Shown here: piece after piece, positions 34,300 to 39,388 of the stretch
Position numbering within the stretch: position 1 is the stretch's first letter
Layout of the letters: each line of letters begins with the position of its first letter
The notes under the pieces: model-generated
Databases searched by the model: none
Told to the model about the DNA's origin: nothing
The model's input: the letters and a program-made list of their open reading frames with translations, nothing else
Position numbers and translations under genes: made by a program
Origin: Chiloscyllium plagiosum
Lineage: Eukaryota
DNA: 39,388 nt
Assembly: GCF_004010195.1 (NCBI RefSeq)
Contig: NC_057720.1
Location: 10,726,652 to 10,766,039, forward strand
Direction of reading: 5' to 3'

Positions 34300-34810
34300 T
34301 GTATCACATCTTCAGGAGGCACATGGTAGTGTCCCTACTTCTGAGCCAGAGACTCGGGTTCAAGTCCTACTTGCTCTGGTGGTGTGCAATAGCATATCTG
34401 AAAAAGTTGTTCAGGAAATATCTAACACATCTTCAGGGTGCACTTACGCTCCACTGGTAGCGACCCTGTCGCTGAGCCAGGAGGTCTGCTTTCAAGTTCC
34501 ATTCGCTTTGATGATGTAGAACAATAGATCTCAGCAAGTTGATTCGAAAATACCTATCACATCGTCGGGGAGGTGAGGGGGTGGGTAATGTCCCTATCTC
34601 TGAGCCAGGAGACTCAGGTTTAAGTCCCACCTCCTCCAGAGGCCTGTAATAACATTCCAAAGAGATTGATTAGAAAATGTCTAAACTTATAACAGAATAA
34701 ACAACTCAAAACTTTCCTCAGGCTCTGGTGGCAACGTTCCTACCTCTGAGGTAGAAAGCCCTAGTTCAAGTGGGTTATAGCATGTCTGGACAGATTGGTT
34801 TAAAAATGTT
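34300..34810 (+). repeat. Tandem array of four diverged tRNA-derived units (~130-145 bp)
   Basis: Motif TGGTAG.G.CCCT..(CT)CTGAGCCAG...TTCAAGT at 34324, 34455, 34583, 34729; each ends in GTTGATT.GAAAAT-like sequence. Confidence 0.8.
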
Positions 34811-34989
34811 GACAGCTACTCCTTCATATATAGTGTTGTGAATGCTCCATCATTGGCAAAGTTTAAGGCAGGAGCAGATACATTTCTTTTGCCTCACAGA
34901 ACCAAAGAATTGTTCTGGTGCAGAAATGGATCACTCGGTCCATCATACCTGCACTGGCTCTATTATCTTGATTCAATCTCCTGTCTTTT

Positions 34990-35362
34990 CCATAAGATCA
35001 TACGCAAAAGAAACAGGAACAGAAATGGACTGTTTAGCCCCTTCAAGCCTGCTCCATTAACCAATAGAATCCCAGCTGACCTGATATTCCTTACGTCTGC
35101 TTTCTTGCCTTTTGCCCTGGATTTCCCTGCCCGTCAAGAATCCATCCGCCTCAGACTTAAATGTACATACGGTCTGTGCCTCCAGAACTCTCTGTGGCAA
35201 GGAATACCAATAAAACAAACACTCTGAGAGAAGAAATTCCTCCTCATCTCAGTCTTAAATTAGTGCCCCTTTATTTTGAGACTATGGCCTCTGGTTCTAG
35301 GCTTTCCCATGAGAGGAAACATCCTTTCAGCATTTAGATTGTCAAACCTTTTAAGAATCTAC
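34990..35362 (-). mobile_element. CR1 LINE 3' fragment
   Basis: Reverse of the CR1 3' end (CTCTGAGAGAAGAAATTCCTCCTCATCTCAGTCTTAAAT...CCCCTTATTTTGAGACT). Confidence 0.78.
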
Positions 35363-35630
35363 AAATCCCTGCATGCATTTCTATCCAAGTAATCATCCAA
35401 TGGTCTCTAGAATGCCCCACTTGAATCTCCCTCCACCACGCTTCCATCAGTGCATTCCACACTTTACCTACTTGCTGTGTGAAAGAGTTCTATCTTGCAT
35501 CATCCCTGTTTCATTTTCAAGTCACTTTAAATCTAGGCCCTCTCAATCTTTTGTTTTCCATTACAAGCAGGAACAGCATCACTGTCCAGGGTGCTCATGA
35601 TTTTGAAAATCTGTATCAAATTTTCCCCCA

Positions 35631-35940
35631 GGGTGGCAAGGTGGCTCCCAGCGCCAGGGACCCGGATTTGAATCTGGCCTTGGGCGATTGTCTGCACATT
35701 CTCCCCGTGTCTGCGTGGTTTTCCTCTCGGTACTCCAGTTTCCTCCCACAATTCAAAGATGTTCAGGTTAGGTGGAATGACTATGCTAAATTGCCCCATA
35801 ATGTTCAGGGATGTAGGGGTTAGAGGCATTAGTTAGGGAAAAATAGAGAGTAGTAGCAGAATGGGTCTGGGTAGGTTACTCTTCAGCGGGTCAGGGGGGA
35901 CTTGTAGGACTAAATGGCCTGTTTCCTGTAGGGATTATAT
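35631..35940 (+). mobile_element. HE1-type V-SINE, diverged
   Basis: Head GGGTGGCAAGGTGGCTC, V-domain, tail GGCCTGTTTC...TGTAGGGATT. Confidence 0.82.
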
Positions 35941-36331
35941 GATGATTGTTCTCTCCAACTTCTTCAAGACTGTCCCTGCGTCTTCAACATCTGCAGAAAT
36001 CAAGGAATATGTGGAGCTGACAGAAAATGAACTTGAAACTGAAGACTAGCTAAGATGATATTGATTCCAGAAGAGACTTACTGAGCCAATGGACCCCGTG
36101 GGTTTATTCTTGCTGTTAATTCATTTGGATGGTCTTATGCCGTGGGACTGCATTTTAATTAATATAATTAAGTTCCAGGCCCATCTACTGTCCAGATCAA
36201 CATTAACAAAACTCTCTCAAAGAAGAATGTCGGGGTTTTCTTCAGTTTCTAGACCAATATTTATCCCTCAGTCAACATGACCCAAAGGTAGGACATCCCA
36301 TCTGGCTCTTATCATGCAGATATTTGTGTGA

Positions 36332-36543
36332 TAAAAATCAAAAGAATTGCGGATGCTGTAAATCTGAAATAAAAACAGAACTGGCTGGAAAAGCTCAGCA
36401 GGCCTGGCAGCATCCATGGAGAAAAATCAGAGTTAATGTTTTGGGTCCAACAGTTCTGATGAAGGGTCACTCAACCCGAAACGTCAATTCTGATTTCTCT
36501 TCACTGATGCTGCTGGACCTGCTGAGCTTTTCCAGCCAGTTCT
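36332..36543. mobile_element. Penelope-derived fold-back insertion
   Basis: 13-bp TSD GATATTTGTGTGA at 36319-36331 and 36544-36556; ~70-bp inverted arms (36376-36446 vs 36474-36544). Confidence 0.85.
36452..36489 (+). ncRNA. Minimal type I hammerhead ribozyme motif
   Basis: AGTT-CTGATGA-A-GGGT-CACTCA-ACCC-GAAAC-GTC-AATT: intact CUGAUGA and GAAA core, 4-bp stem II, GUC cleavage triplet. Confidence 0.7.
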
Positions 36544-36796
36544 GATATTTGTGTGAGCTGAGTTCACAGATTGGCTTTCAGGTTTCCCACATTTCCAAAC
36601 TGATTGTGTTCCAAAAAGTATTCTATTGGGGCAAAAGAGATTTGGGATTTCTTAAGGATGTGGAAGGTACTATATAATTCTGGATCAGGTGAATTGATAT
36701 ATTTTTAAGCAGTTTCGTGCCTGAGAAAGGATGATGTTGGCTCACAGTCACCAGTGTGGCATTGAGTGCCAGTGGGCTGACCATGATTTCATTTCC

Positions 36797-37100
36797 CAGT
36801 GGCTCAGTGGTTAGCACTGAAGCTTCACAGTGTCAGGGACCCAGGTCCGATTCTAGCCATAGGAGACTGTGTGAAGTTTTCATTGTCCTTCCCTTGTCTG
36901 TGTGGATTTCCTCTGGATGCTCTTGTCTACTCCCACAGTCTAAAGATATGTGTGTTTGGTGAATTGGCCATGCTAAATTGCCTCATGTGTCCAGGGATTT
37001 GTAGATATGGGGTTACAGGGATAGATTGATGAACTGCGCTTTGGAGCACTGCTGCAGAATTCAAAGAGTCAAGTCACCTCTTTCTGCTCTGTAGGGACTC
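36797..37100 (+). mobile_element. HE1-type V-SINE, diverged
   Basis: GTGGCTCAGTGGTTAGCAC head, GGTGAATTGGCCATGCTAAATTGCC. Confidence 0.82.
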
Positions 37101-37699
37101 TGTGTCCTTGTTATATTTGTCCCAGAATGCACAGTAATAGGAAAACTTGAGTCCATTCTCATTGCAGGTGAATCATAGACTGTAAATAATTATAGTTTTG
37201 TTTTTATCAGTATAAATGCATCAGACTCACAATTAAGCGTTAACATTGGATATTACATGCAATGAAGCTATTATGTTCAATAGTTAACTTTGACTTAGTC
37301 AGAGTTTGTAAATCATTTTCAATTGCGCAATCAGGTAACCTTAGGTTCACCCACAGATAATATCACTTAGGCAAATCAGCACCTGAATTAATTTGTTTTT
37401 AGGTTATGTTTCCTTGAAACAGAATAACTGTTACTTCCTCCTCAGCCCAAACTTTGTATTGCCTCTCTCTGAAATATTTCATATTCTCAAAGCCATCCAC
37501 ATCCTGATGACCTTGCACCCTTTAGCCAATCAGCAGTTCTCTTGCAAAAACATTAACCTCAGCTTCCTTCCTGGCTGCTTTTGAACCTATTAAAATATGT
37601 ATTTCAAACTCCACATTTGTCCTTTCACGTCACACAGTTATTCAACAGTATACTTTTAAGATATAGTCATGCACTTAATTGTAAGATCCTCAGGACTTT

Positions 37700-38395
37700 G
37701 TCAAACAAAGAGACCTCGGGATGCAGGTTTATAGTTCCTTGTAAGTGCAGTCACAGATAGACAGGATGGTGAAGAAGGCATATGGTATGCTTGCCTTTAT
37801 TAGTCAGCTCATTGAGTGTAGGAGTTGAGGGGTCATGTTGCATTTGTACAGGATATTGGTTAGGCCCCTTTTGGAATATTGCATTCAGTTCTAGTTTCCC
37901 TAATATCGGAAGGATGTGAAACTTGAAAGTGTATACAAATGGTGTTGCCAGGTTAGAGGGTTTGAGCTATCGTAAAGGCTGAATAGGCTGGGACTAATTT
38001 CTTTTAAGCCTTGAAGGCTGAGGGGTGATCTTATGGAAGTTTATAAAATTATGAGAGACTTAGATAGGGTGAATAGTCAAACTGTTTCCCTTTGTTGGGG
38101 GGTCCAAAACTAGAGAGCATGGGTTTAGGGTGAGAGGGGAAAAGTTTAAAAGGGACCTAAGGGGCAACTTTTTTGTGCAGATGGTAGTGCATGCATAGAA
38201 TGAACTTCCAGAGGAAGTGGTGGAGGCTGGTATAATTGCAACATTTAAACAGCTTCTGGATGGGCACACGAATAGGATATGTTTAGAGGGATATGGGCCA
38301 AATGCTAGCAAATAGGACTAGATTAATTTAGAATATCTGGTTGGCAGGGGTGAATTGGATCAAAGGGTCTGTTTCTGTGTACATCTCAATGACCT
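37700..38395 (+). mobile_element. HER1/CR1 LINE 3' fragment
   Basis: Collinear with 11940-12645. Confidence 0.9.
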
Positions 38396-38759
38396 AATGA
38401 CATTTTTGTGATACGTCATCACTTTACCGCAGTGTGTGAAGTGAGTGTGTAAAGGTGACAGACTCCATCTGATCTGGGACTACTTGAAGCATGATGAAAC
38501 ATTTTGTAGCCAAATAGTTTAATATTAGTCCACTCTAAAGCATCTTTGTCCATAACATATGTCTGTAGCTGAGGTTGTATAAACCCAATATCCATGTTTA
38601 GCTCCTATGTTATGGGATCTAACATATGCATTGCCTTATCAGGTACAAATACCCAGCAGGAGGCAAAGCCCACTCAGTGGGGATAGATCATGTTCAATTC
38701 TCACATTTTAAAAACAAAACAAGGAAGGCAAAAGGGAAAGCACACTCCTTCATATGCCC

Positions 38760-39140
38760 CTATCTGGAACGTTTAATGCTCTTCTGGCTGATTTCCCATC
38801 TCCTATAAATCCCATCTCATTCCAAATCTTAGTTGCTTTTGTCCTATTTTGTATCAAGTCCTGCAATTCCACTAGCTTCGACTTTACTCCCTGTACCTCA
38901 AATTTGCAGTTCTTGTCTTTATGTTCAAATCTCTCTGTGGTTTCTCTCCTCCAGAACATTGTCATTTTCTCCATGGTGAAATCAACTCCTCCTAAATGAT
39001 CCATCCTTCTCACTTTGTCCCCTTTATCCTTCCCTTAGCTGCATTACTGTCGTACCATGAGCTACCTACAGGCCTCGCATAGTGGAATTCTGAGCCCAAG
39101 TCCTTCAGATCATTGCTATTGAATTTCAAGTCTTCTCGCT
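38760..39140 (+). mobile_element. Old L2-like LINE C-terminal relic
   Basis: 'FNALLADFP...VFKSL.G.SP' pattern across frameshifts, then GTGGAATTCTGAGCCCAAG ('WNSLP'-like). Confidence 0.45.
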
Positions 39141-39185
39141 GTCCTCAGAGAGAAATCAGATGGATTTCCTTTGTAGCAAAATATT

Positions 39186-39388
39186 ATAGAACAATACAGC
39201 ACAGAACAGGCCCTTCGGCCCACAATGTTGTGCCGAACATTTGTCCTAGCTTAAGCACCCATCCATGTACCTATCCAATTGCCGCTTAAAGGTCACCAAA
39301 GATTCTGACTCTACCACTACCACAGGCAGCGCATTCCATGCCCCCACCACTCTCTGGGTAAAGAACCCACCCCTGACATCCCCCCTAT
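39186..39388 (-). mobile_element. CR1 LINE 3' end (runs off the window)
   Basis: ATAGAACAATACAGCACAGAACAGGCCCTTCGGCCCACAATGTTGTGCCG, as at 4788-4850. Confidence 0.85.

Larger units (their letters stand above)
36190..36680 (+). mobile_element. Old DeuSINE-like relic split by a PLE-derived insertion
   Basis: GACCAATATTTATCCCTCAGTCAACAT and L2-like tail TTTGGGAT...GAAGGTACTATATAA. Confidence 0.55.

Noticed and set aside
34300..34810. CRISPR array or true tRNA gene cluster
   Set aside because: Eukaryotic context, units diverged throughout with no repeat-spacer pattern, and no complete cloverleaf could be drawn.
35960..36049. Acidic peptide 'EIKEYVELTENELETED*' after a CAG
   Set aside because: Short, unrecognised, weak pyrimidine tract, adjacent to a SINE.

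Overview
Repeat-dense elasmobranch (shark-type) genomic DNA. The taxon is inferred from HE1-type V-SINEs and HER1/CR1 LINEs. No host protein-coding exon can be supported. The main element is a 7.3-kb class I (gamma-like, HERV-I/HERV-IP-like) endogenous retrovirus at 20871-28148, with two LTRs, a 4-bp TGAC TSD and a tRNA-Pro PBS. Its interior is not collinear: gag MA-CA / pol tether-RNase H (copy A) / second CA end / AT-rich insert / NC-stop-PR (partly tandem-duplicated, 344 bp) / AT-rich insert / pol tether (copy B) / IN C-terminus / env SU. The two tether copies differ largely at synonymous sites, which points to a recombinant of two distinct parental viruses. The non-coding inserts carry several strong hairpins. 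A Penelope-like element spanning a 507-N gap replaced env TM, the PPT and the start of the 3' LTR. The provirus sits 3 bp (plus TSD) from the LTR of a degenerate Gmr1-like Gypsy element with INT-RT-RH order. Also present: two solo LTRs, CR1, Rex1/Babar and L2 LINE relics, a tRNA-headed LINE with matching SINEs, four short Penelope-derived insertions with TSDs (one with an intact hammerhead core) and a tandem array of tRNA-derived units. All calls come from manual reading; family names rest on recalled motifs, not searches.
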